Shown here piece after piece: positions 36,959-46,149 of a stretch of 64,000 nt of DNA. Where the stretch lies: the NCBI GenBank assembly GCA_964417925.1, contig CAYQJV010000006.1, forward strand, positions 2,232 through 66,231, given 5' to 3'. Source of the DNA: an uncultured bacterium. GTDB lineage: Bacteria; Hydrothermota; Tepidihabitantia; B3-TA06; CAYQJV01. The translations under genes were made by a program, and so were the position numbers. Within the stretch, counting starts at the first letter, position 1, and each line of letters starts with the position of its first letter. The notes under the pieces were generated by a model. It was not told where the DNA came from, did not search any database, and worked only from the letters and a program-made list of their open reading frames with translations.

Positions 36959-38244
36959 TTTTTCATTCTTCTTTTTATTTCCTTTTCAAAACCTTTTTCC
37001 GTAGGAAAGTAGTACTCCTTGTGTCCCAAATTTTCTGGGAGATATTTTTGATCACTATCGTTGTTTTCATGAGGATATATGTATCCTTTTCCATAACCCA
37101 ACCTTCTCAACAGCGCTGTACTTGGATTTCTCAAGTGCATGGGAACAGGTTCTGCTCTGGTTTTTACTGCATCTTCTTTTGCAAGTTTTAAAGCTTTAAA
37201 GGAAGCATTACTCTTTGGAGCAGTAGCAAGATACAGAGATACTTGAGCAAGAATTAACTCCGCCTCAGGCATTCCAACAAAATGTACAGCTTCCTTTGCA
37301 GCATTGGCAAACACAAGAGCCATAGGATCAGCATTTCCTATATCCTCCGATGCAAATATAATCATTCTTCTTGCTATAAAAAGTGGATCCTCTCCTGCTT
37401 CAAGCATCCTTGCAAGCCAGTAAATTGTTGCATTAGGATCAGATCCCCTCATACTCTTTATAAACGCAGAAATCAAGTTATAATGTTCTTCTCCTCTTTT
37501 ATCATACAGGAAAACTTTTTTCTCCACCACTTCTTCCACAATTTCTCTTTTAATTCTCCTTATGCCATTTTCATCTGGATCTGTCATGAGAACCGCAAGC
37601 TCAAGATAGTTCAAGGCTCTTCTTGCATCACCATCACATACCACTGCAATAAATTCAAGCAACTCCTCTTCTATCTTTGGGTTATAAGGCAAAAGTCCTT
37701 TTGGATGGCTAAGTGCTCTTTTTAAAATCAATTTTATTTCCTCTACAGATAAAGGTTTAAGGATATATATTCTGCATCTTGAAAGTAAAGGAGATATTAT
37801 CTCAAAAGAGGGATTTTCAGTTGTTGCTCCTATAAAAATTATGGTCCCATCCTCTACGTACGGAAGAAATGTATCTTGTTGGGATTTATTAAAATGGTGA
37901 AGTTCATCAACAAAAATAATAGTTCTTCTATTTTTTGCCTTAAACAGGTAAACTGCATTTTTTATTATCTCCCTTATTTCCTTTATTCCTGAAGTAACTG
38001 CACTATAAGATAAAAAATTCGCATCAATACTATTTGCAATTATTTTAGCAAGAGTGGTTTTACCGGTACCAGGGGGGCCCCATAAAATCATTGATCTTAT
38101 CTCTTTCTTTTCAATCATTCTTCTCAAAGGTTTATTCCTGCCAAGAATGTGCTGTTGACCTATAAACTCATCAAGACTTTGAGGTCTTATTCTTTCTGCA
38201 ATTGGTGTGTTTTTCTCATCAAAATCATTTGAAAAAAGGTACAT
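36955..38244 (-). CDS. rarA: Replication-associated recombination protein A
   Basis: PIAERIRP, WGPPGTGKTT, GATTENPSFE, SAFIKSMRGSD, ASEDIGNADP. Start at ATG 38244, 5 nt after TTGACT-N17-TATACT. Confidence 0.95.
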   Translation of the reverse strand: MYLFSNDFDEKNTPIAERIRPQSLDEFIGQQHILGRNKPLRRMIEKKEIRSMILWGPPGTGKTTLAKIIANSIDANFLSYSAVTSGIKEIREIIKNAVYLFKAKNRRTIIFVDELHHFNKSQQDTFLPYVEDGTIIFIGATTENPSFEIISPLLSRCRIYILKPLSVEEIKLILKRALSHPKGLLPYNPKIEEELLEFIAVVCDGDARRALNYLELAVLMTDPDENGIRRIKREIVEEVVEKKVFLYDKRGEEHYNLISAFIKSMRGSDPNATIYWLARMLEAGEDPLFIARRMIIFASEDIGNADPMALVFANAAKEAVHFVGMPEAELILAQVSLYLATAPKSNASFKALKLAKEDAVKTRAEPVPMHLRNPSTALLRRLGYGKGYIYPHENNDSDQKYLPENLGHKEYYFPTEKGFEKEIKRRMKK

Positions 38245-38346
38245 AAAATAGTATATCCACAATTCCTTTACAAGTCAAATATAAAGAAAATCCTTTATTC
38301 CTCTATCTTGACAACCTATTTTATTTATGTATTATTAAATTATACA

Positions 38347-39081
38347 ATGAAAAAAATAGTAGGATTCCATGTAGAAAATAAGGTGTATGCAGTATTCATA
38401 AGAGGTAAAATGGAAAACACATCTTTTTATACATTTGATACTATAGAAGAGCTTTTTCAAAATATGGATAAAGATTCCATGTTTATAACAGGAATAAGTT
38501 CAGAGAAAACTGTCTTTATCTGTGAATTCTTCCCAAAAGTTTGTGAAGCAGAACTGACTGAACTTGTAGAAATGAAAATGAAGTACTGGATAAAAGAAAA
38601 AATGAGAACAAAATTTCAGCTGTTAAGAGAAGAAAAAGAAAAAGTATGGATGCTAATTGTAGGAATACCTGAAAATAAAATAAAACCCATTGAGGACCTT
38701 TTGAAAGGGAAAAATTATATACTGGATGTCCCTGCAGTTGCATTTTTTAATATACTTGAGTTAAATGGAAAAATAGAAGATGGAATATTTGTTCTTTCTA
38801 CAGAAGAGTTTTTCCATATTATAAGGATAAAAAACAATGATCTGAAATTTATAAAAACATTTAACAAAGACTCCTGGGTCTCACTGGAATGGATTGAACA
38901 TCATATTCAAAAAATGGAAAGAAGTTCTGAAGCGAAAATAAAAGGAGTAGCAGGTAAACTTTGTAAAAACTATCCTGACCTCTGTATTCTCAATCTCTCA
39001 AAAATCTTTGGTAGAGAAATAAGAGAAGAGGAATGTTATATAATTCCAGCAGCTTATGCATTAAGGGGGTACTATGATTAA
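38347..39081 (+). CDS. Divergent PilM-like protein
   Basis: Actin-fold-like start IVGFHVE and end AYALRG; precedes two bitopic proteins. The track's TTG start at 38308 is the -35 box of a promoter. Confidence 0.45.
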   Translation: MKKIVGFHVENKVYAVFIRGKMENTSFYTFDTIEELFQNMDKDSMFITGISSEKTVFICEFFPKVCEAELTELVEMKMKYWIKEKMRTKFQLLREEKEKVWMLIVGIPENKIKPIEDLLKGKNYILDVPAVAFFNILELNGKIEDGIFVLSTEEFFHIIRIKNNDLKFIKTFNKDSWVSLEWIEHHIQKMERSSEAKIKGVAGKLCKNYPDLCILNLSKIFGREIREEECYIIPAAYALRGYYD

Positions 39082-39592
39082 AATAGATCTCAAGGAAAAA
39101 AAAGAAACAAGAAGAGAAAATGGATTAAAATGGATTTTAACCCCTCTGATTGCTTTTATTGTAGTTGTTATGTTAATCACAGGTGTTTATCTCTTATCTC
39201 TTTACAACCTTTCTACTATAAAAAATAGATATCGTGTCATACTAAAAGAGAAAGAAAAAAAAGAAGAACAGCAAATAGAATTTAGTAGACTCAGAGATTA
39301 TAAAGATAGACTTAGGGAAGAACTCGATTTTTTAAAAAACACAGAAAAGGATACCAGAAAAAAACTCAATATAGTGAGGATAGCTTTTTATAAAGCTCCC
39401 TCGGGCATAAAAATACAAAGTCTTCTTTTAAGAGATAAAAGTTTACAGATTGAATTTTTAGCACGTAATAGAATTGTTGTAGAGAGATATACAGAACAGT
39501 TGGAGAATGCAGAGATAAAGATAAAGGACAAATGGATGGAAAGAACAAAAAAATATATAAAAACTACTGTAGAAGCAGAGATCGGGGGTTAA
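39074..39592 (+). CDS. PilN-like bitopic protein
   Basis: MIKIDL (cf. INLL), TM, coiled coil, PSGIKIQSL. Confidence 0.5.
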   Translation: MIKIDLKEKKETRRENGLKWILTPLIAFIVVVMLITGVYLLSLYNLSTIKNRYRVILKEKEKKEEQQIEFSRLRDYKDRLREELDFLKNTEKDTRKKLNIVRIAFYKAPSGIKIQSLLLRDKSLQIEFLARNRIVVERYTEQLENAEIKIKDKWMERTKKYIKTTVEAEIGG

Positions 39593-39593
39593 T

Positions 39594-40088
39594 ATGAAGT
39601 GGATATTCACATTCGTTTTTATTGCACTTTCGGTAATCGTAGTTGCTATTGGAGGAGCTTTCTCAGTAAGAAACTTTATTTATGCAAACCGTATAAATAG
39701 AGAGATATTCTACCTTAAAAAGGAAATCCTACAACACCAAAAGAAAGATAGTGAGATAAATATTTTAAAAAAGGAGATCAAAAATCTGGAGGACACCCTT
39801 AATTTAATTCTTGAAAAAGGTGTGGATATAGAAGATACCGATGAACTACTAAAGTCTTTAAAGTTCAAAGGATGTGAAGTTTATGTAGGAGATTACAGAA
39901 AAGAGCTCCTAAAGGAAAGGGAGTTCCACATCTTTTATACTGGAGAATTTCAAATGCTAGATATAATGTTTGACTCACTGATTCAAAAAATAAGATGGAT
40001 TGATCTTGACTCAATGAAATTTATTGCACCTCAAAGTGCAGAAATTTTTGGAAAGGTGTATGCTCCTTTTATTGACTTTCCTCACTAA
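39594..40088 (+). CDS. PilO-like bitopic protein
   Basis: N-terminal TM, coiled coil, YTGEF..L; position after the PilN-like gene. Confidence 0.4.
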   Translation: MKWIFTFVFIALSVIVVAIGGAFSVRNFIYANRINREIFYLKKEILQHQKKDSEINILKKEIKNLEDTLNLILEKGVDIEDTDELLKSLKFKGCEVYVGDYRKELLKEREFHIFYTGEFQMLDIMFDSLIQKIRWIDLDSMKFIAPQSAEIFGKVYAPFIDFPH

Positions 40089-40822
40089 TGGATAAACTTA
40101 TTGATATTATAAAAAAACTAAGAGAGAAATGTCCTTGGGATAAAAAACAAACCTTGAACTCTATTAAATGGTTATTTATTGAGGAAAGTTATGAATTAAA
40201 GGAAGCGATTGAGAGGAAAAACAGAAAAGAAATAGAAGAAGAACTGGGGGATATTCTCTTTTTATCTCTCTTTGGTATAAAGGTTGCAGAGGATGAAAAA
40301 GTAACAACACTTGATGCAGTGGTAGAGAAAACCTCTTCAAAACTTGTGCAAAGGCATCCCCATGTGTTTGGGAATGTAGTGGTAAAAGAAATTAAAGAAG
40401 TACTGAAAAACTGGGAGCATATAAAACAAAAGGAGAAAAAGAGCTTTTTTGAAGGAATTCCATCTTCTTTACCTGCTCTTCTCAAAGCAAAAATAATTCA
40501 GGAAAGAGTAAAAAGAGTAGGCTTTGACTGGAAAGACTATACAGGACCTCTTGAAAAAGTAAAAGAGGAAATTGAAGAAATTGAAAAAGAGATAAAAAAA
40601 GGTGATAAAAACAAAATAGAAGAGGAAATAGGAGATTTGTTTTTTGCTGTGGTAAATCTTGCAAGACACTTGGGAATAAATCCAGAGGAGGCGCTTGAGA
40701 AAACGAACAAAAAGTTTATGGAAAGATTTGAAACAATAAAAAAGGAAATAGAGAAAAAAGGGAAAAAATTAAAAGATGCAACTCTTAAAGAAATGGATGA
40801 AATATGGGAGAGAATAAAATGA
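40088..40822 (+). CDS. mazG: Nucleoside triphosphate pyrophosphohydrolase MazG
   Basis: CPWDKKQT, EEELGD, RHPHVFG, VGFDW, EEIGDLFF. Confidence 0.95.
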   Translation: MDKLIDIIKKLREKCPWDKKQTLNSIKWLFIEESYELKEAIERKNRKEIEEELGDILFLSLFGIKVAEDEKVTTLDAVVEKTSSKLVQRHPHVFGNVVVKEIKEVLKNWEHIKQKEKKSFFEGIPSSLPALLKAKIIQERVKRVGFDWKDYTGPLEKVKEEIEEIEKEIKKGDKNKIEEEIGDLFFAVVNLARHLGINPEEALEKTNKKFMERFETIKKEIEKKGKKLKDATLKEMDEIWERIK

Positions 40823-41652
40823 ATAAAAAAATAGAAGAATTTAAAAAAGTAGTAGAAGCTGACGGAGTAGAAATCTTATGTGTCTACGAAGAACCTTACA
40901 GTGGTAAACTCCAGTTGTTCTGCAACTTTCCCATAGAAATGGTTAAACCTGCTCCATTCCAGCGCGAGATTTCTACTACCCATATGCAGAGAATAGCAGA
41001 AGTAATAAGTAAAATAGAAAGGTATATAGATCCCATAGTGGTTATAAGAACAGATGAAGGGGAATACTGGACTCCAAATGGTACTCACAGACTTGAAGCA
41101 ATGAAATTCTTGGGAAAGCAGAAAATAACAGGCGTATTGATTCCAGAAAAGGAAGTTGCAAATTTCATACTTGCCCTTAACACAGAAAAAGCTCCAAATC
41201 TTAAGGAAAAATCTCTGGAGGTTATAAAACTCTATAAACAGATAATGGGAAAAATGCCTCAAACATATGAATCTGAATTTAGTTTTCAGTTTGAAGAAGC
41301 TTGTTTTATCACATTTGGACTTTTGTATGAAGAAAATCCAAGGTTCAGTGGTTCATCCTTCCATTCCTTTGTTACAAAAATAGATGAATTTCTTGAAATG
41401 CCTTTTATTGAAGCAATTGAAGAAAGGAAAAACAGAAAAGAAAAGGTAAAAGAACTTTTTGAAACCATAGTAGAGAAGGAAAAAGAACTTCAAGAACGGG
41501 GAATTAACATTCCTTTTGTAAGACAGTATATAGTCTCAAAGGCAAATCCTTATAAAAGGCTTCGTAAAATTCCTGATGAGTTCTACACAGCCATGAATAA
41601 AATGATAGAATCGGTTAAAAGACTCTCTGCAGAGGAGTTAAAAGAGGTTTAA
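40819..41652 (+). CDS. ParB/Srx N-terminal-domain protein
   Basis: PAPFQREIS, DPIVV, TPNGTHRLEA, LALNTEKAPNL; ATGA overlap with mazG. Confidence 0.75.
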   Translation: MNKKIEEFKKVVEADGVEILCVYEEPYSGKLQLFCNFPIEMVKPAPFQREISTTHMQRIAEVISKIERYIDPIVVIRTDEGEYWTPNGTHRLEAMKFLGKQKITGVLIPEKEVANFILALNTEKAPNLKEKSLEVIKLYKQIMGKMPQTYESEFSFQFEEACFITFGLLYEENPRFSGSSFHSFVTKIDEFLEMPFIEAIEERKNRKEKVKELFETIVEKEKELQERGINIPFVRQYIVSKANPYKRLRKIPDEFYTAMNKMIESVKRLSAEELKEV

Positions 41653-41660
41653 CCTACCCA

Positions 41661-42257
41661 CTACTCAAACAATATCCCTTCTGCTTTCCTCACTATGATA
41701 CCACGATATAAAAAATCAACTTGTCTGAATAAAATTTCTCTATCAAAATCTACAATTGCAGATATTCCATCACTTGGAATTATAATTTTGTATCCAAGTA
41801 GTGCTGCACTTCCTGCGGTATGAAGTACACATATATTTGCAACAGTTCCAGTGATAACGAGATTTTCTATTTTCATAATTCTGAGAAGGTGGTCCAGAGG
41901 AGTTCCAAAGAATGCATCATAACGGAGTTTTTTAATTATATATTCCTGTGGTAAAGGTTTTAACTCTTCAATAATTTCTGCTCCCCAGGTTTCTTTTCGC
42001 GCATGTTCTCCCCATATCAAAAATTCATAATCCTCATCTTCATGCCAATCTTGGGTAAAAAATATCTTTACTCCTTCCTTTCTTGCTCTCTCAAGAAGAG
42101 ATTTAATCGGTTGAATTGCAATTTCCGCGTGAGGAACCCTTAGTTTACCTTCGGGTTTTACAAAATCATTCTGCATGTCAATTATTAAAAGTGCGGTCTT
42201 CTCTTTCTTTAATCTTACTTCATCTATTACTCTATACTCAGGAACCTCTACTTTCAT
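41661..42257 (-). CDS. Isochorismatase-family cysteine hydrolase
   Basis: IIDMQNDF, DWH, K.RYDAF, GTVANICVLHT. Confidence 0.9.
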   Translation of the reverse strand: MKVEVPEYRVIDEVRLKKEKTALLIIDMQNDFVKPEGKLRVPHAEIAIQPIKSLLERARKEGVKIFFTQDWHEDEDYEFLIWGEHARKETWGAEIIEELKPLPQEYIIKKLRYDAFFGTPLDHLLRIMKIENLVITGTVANICVLHTAGSAALLGYKIIIPSDGISAIVDFDREILFRQVDFLYRGIIVRKAEGILFE

Positions 42258-42348
42258 TTTTTTCCTCCTTTTTAAAGTAAGGATAAAGAAATATCCTTAA
42301 CATGTCAATCTCTTAAGACCTTCCCTATCAACGGAATCCTAAATCTTA

Positions 42349-42376
42349 TTGACTTTATAAACAAAAGTAATATAAT
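42349..42376 (+). promoter_or_regulatory. Sigma70 promoter (leaderless)
   Basis: TTGACT-N16-TATAAT, 6 nt before ATG 42383. Confidence 0.72.
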
Positions 42377-42382
42377 ATAGAA

Positions 42383-43120
42383 ATGACCAAAATAAATACT
42401 AAAAACAACGCAGTATATGGAATTTACTCTCCACCTTTTAAAATAAAAAGAAAAAATTTTATAATTGAAGTAAAAAAAGAAAAAGACAGTATAATGTACA
42501 CAAGGATTTCTTCAAAAGAAAAAGTAGAAAAAATAATACTGGCAAGTGAAGGAACTATTGTAATTAATCCTATTGAACCTGTAAATAAACCTAAGGAGAT
42601 AACTCCATATCTCCTCGTAGAGTTTGAAAATAAAATATTAATAGAACCTAAATTAACTCAAAAAGTATTTATAACTTTCCCTATAGAAATAGGAGTTTTT
42701 ATAAAAAAAGATAAAAAGATTGAGATAGTAGATATAATCTCCACTATAAAACAGAAGTATACATTGTACGGCGATATAAAAGATGGAACGGTATGCAGGT
42801 ACTGGAAAAGTGAAACATTTTTTAAACTTATTTACACAGATCCTTTGGAAAAAGGAATAATGGAACTTGATATTTCAAATACCACAGATGAATGGATTGA
42901 CACAGGAATGGCTGTTTTTGATGCTTATGGAATGAAGATATATTACAATGATAAATTGGTCTCAATGAAAGCTAAAATGCGAATATTGGGTAAGGAACTT
43001 GCTGAAACTGAATTTAAGGATGCCCCTATGGAAAAGAATATGAAAAAATCCATTGAACTCTACCAAGTAAAGAAGTTACCTATGATCAGAAAAAAATTTA
43101 TAATGGAATGGGGAATATAA
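42383..43120 (+). CDS. DUF432 domain protein
   Basis: INPIEPVNKP, FPIEIGV, KYTLYG..G.VCRYWKS, FIMEWG. Confidence 0.75.
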   Translation: MTKINTKNNAVYGIYSPPFKIKRKNFIIEVKKEKDSIMYTRISSKEKVEKIILASEGTIVINPIEPVNKPKEITPYLLVEFENKILIEPKLTQKVFITFPIEIGVFIKKDKKIEIVDIISTIKQKYTLYGDIKDGTVCRYWKSETFFKLIYTDPLEKGIMELDISNTTDEWIDTGMAVFDAYGMKIYYNDKLVSMKAKMRILGKELAETEFKDAPMEKNMKKSIELYQVKKLPMIRKKFIMEWGI

Positions 43121-43926
43121 TTTTTAAAAAGATAATATTTGGCTCGATAAGTATATTTGACATTTTTATCTCTGCATTAATTATTGCCTCTGCTATAGTA
43201 ATAGCAAAAATAATTGCCGTCAACTTAAGAAGGTACCTACAGGAAAAGATTGAAAAAACGAAGCTTGATATTTTTATAAAGATTATCTACTACTCTATAA
43301 TTACTGTAGCAGTGGTTGTTACCCTCCCTATAGTAGGTATAAATCTTTCAGGACTCCTCGTTGCAGGAGGAATTACAGGAATAATAATTGGATTTGCAAG
43401 CCAAAAAATAGTGGGTAATTTAATATCAGGAATATTTTTGATGCTAGAAAGACCTGTTAAGATAGGACAACAGATAAATGTGGATGGTGTATCAGGTTAT
43501 GTTGAGGATATAAAAATGCTTTCTACCACTATAAGAACCTATGATGGAATATTCGTAAGAATACCTAATGAAAAGGTGTTTACAACCAGCATAACCAATT
43601 ATGTAGCCCACGTGGCAAGAAGATTTGAATACACCATTGGTATAAGATACAGTGATGATGCAGAAAAGGCAATAGAAGTGATTAAGAGTGTTATAGAAGA
43701 ACATCCTTTTGCACTAAAAAATCCTGCTCCTCAAGTTTTTGTAGATAATCTTGGAGATAGTTCAGTAAATATTCTTGTAAAGATATGGGCTCCTGTAACT
43801 GAATGGTACGGAGTTAAAACAGAACTTTTATGGAAAATAAAAAAGACCCTTGAAGAGAAAGGAATAGAAATTCCATTCCCCCAAAGAGTTATATGGTTTG
43901 CAGATAAGAAAAAGCCTAAAAAATGA
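43108..43926 (+). CDS. Small-conductance mechanosensitive channel (MscS family)
   Basis: GFASQKIVGNLISGIFL.LERP, IPNEKV, GIEIPFPQ. Confidence 0.92.
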   Translation: MGNIIFKKIIFGSISIFDIFISALIIASAIVIAKIIAVNLRRYLQEKIEKTKLDIFIKIIYYSIITVAVVVTLPIVGINLSGLLVAGGITGIIIGFASQKIVGNLISGIFLMLERPVKIGQQINVDGVSGYVEDIKMLSTTIRTYDGIFVRIPNEKVFTTSITNYVAHVARRFEYTIGIRYSDDAEKAIEVIKSVIEEHPFALKNPAPQVFVDNLGDSSVNILVKIWAPVTEWYGVKTELLWKIKKTLEEKGIEIPFPQRVIWFADKKKPKK

Positions 43927-43930
43927 TCAC

Positions 43931-44869
43931 TTAATCTTTAAGATGAAATTCAATTACATCCCCATCTTCTAACACATGTTCTTTGGAGACCCTTATTCCA
44001 TTTTTATTCCACAATCTTGCATATAAAAGTCTCTTTGCAAAATCCTTATGTAACCTTTTCGCAGCATCCAAAACCGTGCTTTCTTTTTTAAGCACAAGTG
44101 GATTTTCAAAATCGGGTGTTTTACCTGGAGGCTTTGTATAAACCCTTATTAAATTGAGTTTCTCAAAAATCTCCTTTTTTAAATGTTTAAGTGAATCTTC
44201 TTCAAAAATAGAAACTTTAATAAAATGATTTCTTATTATCCCGAGTTCTCTTGCTATTTCTATGTTATCTTTTGCTTCTTCTAAATCCACTTTTGTAAAA
44301 ATTTTTATCTTAAGGTGATCTGAAAGTCCTGTTAATTGAATAAGTTTCTCTGTCTCTTCTATATCTTCAATAAGGGTGTTAGAAGAAGCATCTACTGTCA
44401 CAAGAAGCATATCACTATTTATTGCTATTCCTTTTTGCCATCCTTCAAAGTGTTCTTCTGAAAAAGGAGGCAAATCTACCATTTGTATCCTAACATTCTC
44501 ATAACGCATGATTCCTACTTCAGGTTTAGTAGTGGAAAAAGGGTAATCCGCTACTAAAGCATTTGCTCCTGTAAGTCTATTAAAAAGAGCAGATTTCCCA
44601 GAGTTGGGTAATCCAAATAGGACTACCTGTGCAGCTTCTTCTTTTGGTATACTGTAAAGCGTTTCCTTTCTACTTTTTGCGCTTTTTTCTTCTTCTCGCA
44701 TTAATTTAGAAAGTTTCTGTTTCAAAATGCCGTAAAGCTTTTCAGTTCCTTTATGTTTTGGCATCACCGCGATCATTTCTTTTAAATATTTGATTTTTTC
44801 CTCCCTTGTTTTTGCCTCTCTAAATTTCTTCTCTACCTCAAAATATTGAGGGGGAAGGTTTGCAGGCAT
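43931..44869 (-). CDS. DRG/OBG-like GTPase with TGS domain
   Basis: MPANLPP, PKHKGTEK, GLPNSGKS, YPFST, RVYTK, LEDGDVIEFH. Confidence 0.88.
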   Translation of the reverse strand: MPANLPPQYFEVEKKFREAKTREEKIKYLKEMIAVMPKHKGTEKLYGILKQKLSKLMREEEKSAKSRKETLYSIPKEEAAQVVLFGLPNSGKSALFNRLTGANALVADYPFSTTKPEVGIMRYENVRIQMVDLPPFSEEHFEGWQKGIAINSDMLLVTVDASSNTLIEDIEETEKLIQLTGLSDHLKIKIFTKVDLEEAKDNIEIARELGIIRNHFIKVSIFEEDSLKHLKKEIFEKLNLIRVYTKPPGKTPDFENPLVLKKESTVLDAAKRLHKDFAKRLLYARLWNKNGIRVSKEHVLEDGDVIEFHLKD

Positions 44870-44878
44870 TTTTAAAAT

Positions 44879-44904
44879 AAAAAAGGGCGCGCAGAGGCGC
44901 CCTT
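44879..44904 (-). terminator. Intrinsic terminator after the ferredoxin gene
   Basis: AAGGGCGC-CTCTGC-GCGCCCTT followed by a T tract on the minus strand. Confidence 0.75.
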
Positions 44905-44907
44905 GAA

Positions 44908-45096
<189 letters not shown>

Positions 45097-45161
45097 CTAC
45101 CTCCTTTTTTAGGTTTTTTGAAAAATTATATTCATTTAATTTTTAAAGTCAAATTTAAAAA

Positions 45162-46022
45162 TTATTTACCCTTCTTAAGCAACTCCTTAAGAGAAGGTCC
45201 TATTCTTACCAACCCCCCTTCTGTAATCTCCATGAAATGAGTTTCAGTATCATGCCCACATAACCTACATCCATCTATTCTAAAAAGCCTCACCATCTCA
45301 CCTATTGGTTTTTTGTAAAGATTCTCATCGTATCTTGACATAATTATCTTTTTTGAAAGTACCATTGTGCAGTCCACTATATGAGAAACTGCATATCCTC
45401 CTGCTGCTTCTGCTGAAAGTTCTTCATGAGAGGAGCGTTTCTGAGAAACAAATAGAGCGGTTTGATACCACTTTTTTAAGAAATTAAAAAGTTGTCTTAC
45501 AAAAACTCTTGCAAGCATCTCCTTGTGCTCATAAAGTCCTGTCACTGAATCTACCACAACATTTTTAACCTTATATTTCTTTATCACATAGGCAAGAGTA
45601 TCAAGAAGTGTTGGCATATCTTCTCTTAAAGAAGTGTGGGATGCAGCATCAATGATTATTATATTTTCCTCTATCGCAGAATAATTCACACCCATGGCTC
45701 TTGCCCTTTCCTTCAACCCCATTGATAGAAAGACAGCAGGGGTCTCAACAGTTATAAATGCTACAGATTCTCCTTTAGAAGCCTGGGTAATTGTAAACTG
45801 CTCCACCATTAATGATTTTCCAGTATCCGAAACCCCTGTCAAGTTTATCACTGCATATCTGGGAATACCTCCAAGTATAACCTTTCTTACCTTTCCTTTA
45901 TCAATGGTAGATGTAAAGAAAAGCGAATCAAGCCCTTCTATTCCTGTTTCCACCCCTTCAAGTCTTGGAGTTTTCTTTCCTATGTCTGTTAAAGTATGAA
46001 TACTTTCTTCTATAACACCCAT
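45162..46022 (-). CDS. KaiC-domain/RecA-superfamily ATPase (AF_0795-like)
   Basis: TGIEGLD, GVSDTGKS, VVDSVTGLYE, AAGGYAVSHIVD, RIDGCRLCGHDT; SD before ATG 46022. Confidence 0.85.
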   Translation of the reverse strand: MGVIEESIHTLTDIGKKTPRLEGVETGIEGLDSLFFTSTIDKGKVRKVILGGIPRYAVINLTGVSDTGKSLMVEQFTITQASKGESVAFITVETPAVFLSMGLKERARAMGVNYSAIEENIIIIDAASHTSLREDMPTLLDTLAYVIKKYKVKNVVVDSVTGLYEHKEMLARVFVRQLFNFLKKWYQTALFVSQKRSSHEELSAEAAGGYAVSHIVDCTMVLSKKIIMSRYDENLYKKPIGEMVRLFRIDGCRLCGHDTETHFMEITEGGLVRIGPSLKELLKKGK

Positions 46023-46062
46023 TTTTCCTCCTTGATATTTAGGATTTAAGAAATCTGTTTTA

Positions 46063-46130
46063 ATTATAAACATGTGTTTTTTCCTGTCAAGCATAGATTT
46101 CCTTGACACCTCCTCGTATAGAGATATAAT
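46063..46130. promoter_or_regulatory. Back-to-back divergent sigma70 promoters
   Basis: Minus strand TTGACA(46085-90)-N16-TATAAT; plus strand TTGACA(46103-08)-N16-TATAAT. Confidence 0.75.
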
Positions 46131-46149
46131 AATTCCAAAAAGGAGGAAA

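Noticed and set aside
40088-40822. MazG as an anti-phage or toxin-antitoxin component
   Set aside because: Ordinary two-domain housekeeping MazG; no mazEF or defence genes adjacent
45162-46022. Circadian clock kaiC
   Set aside because: Single-domain ATPase with no kaiA or kaiB; fits a KaiC-like thermophile family
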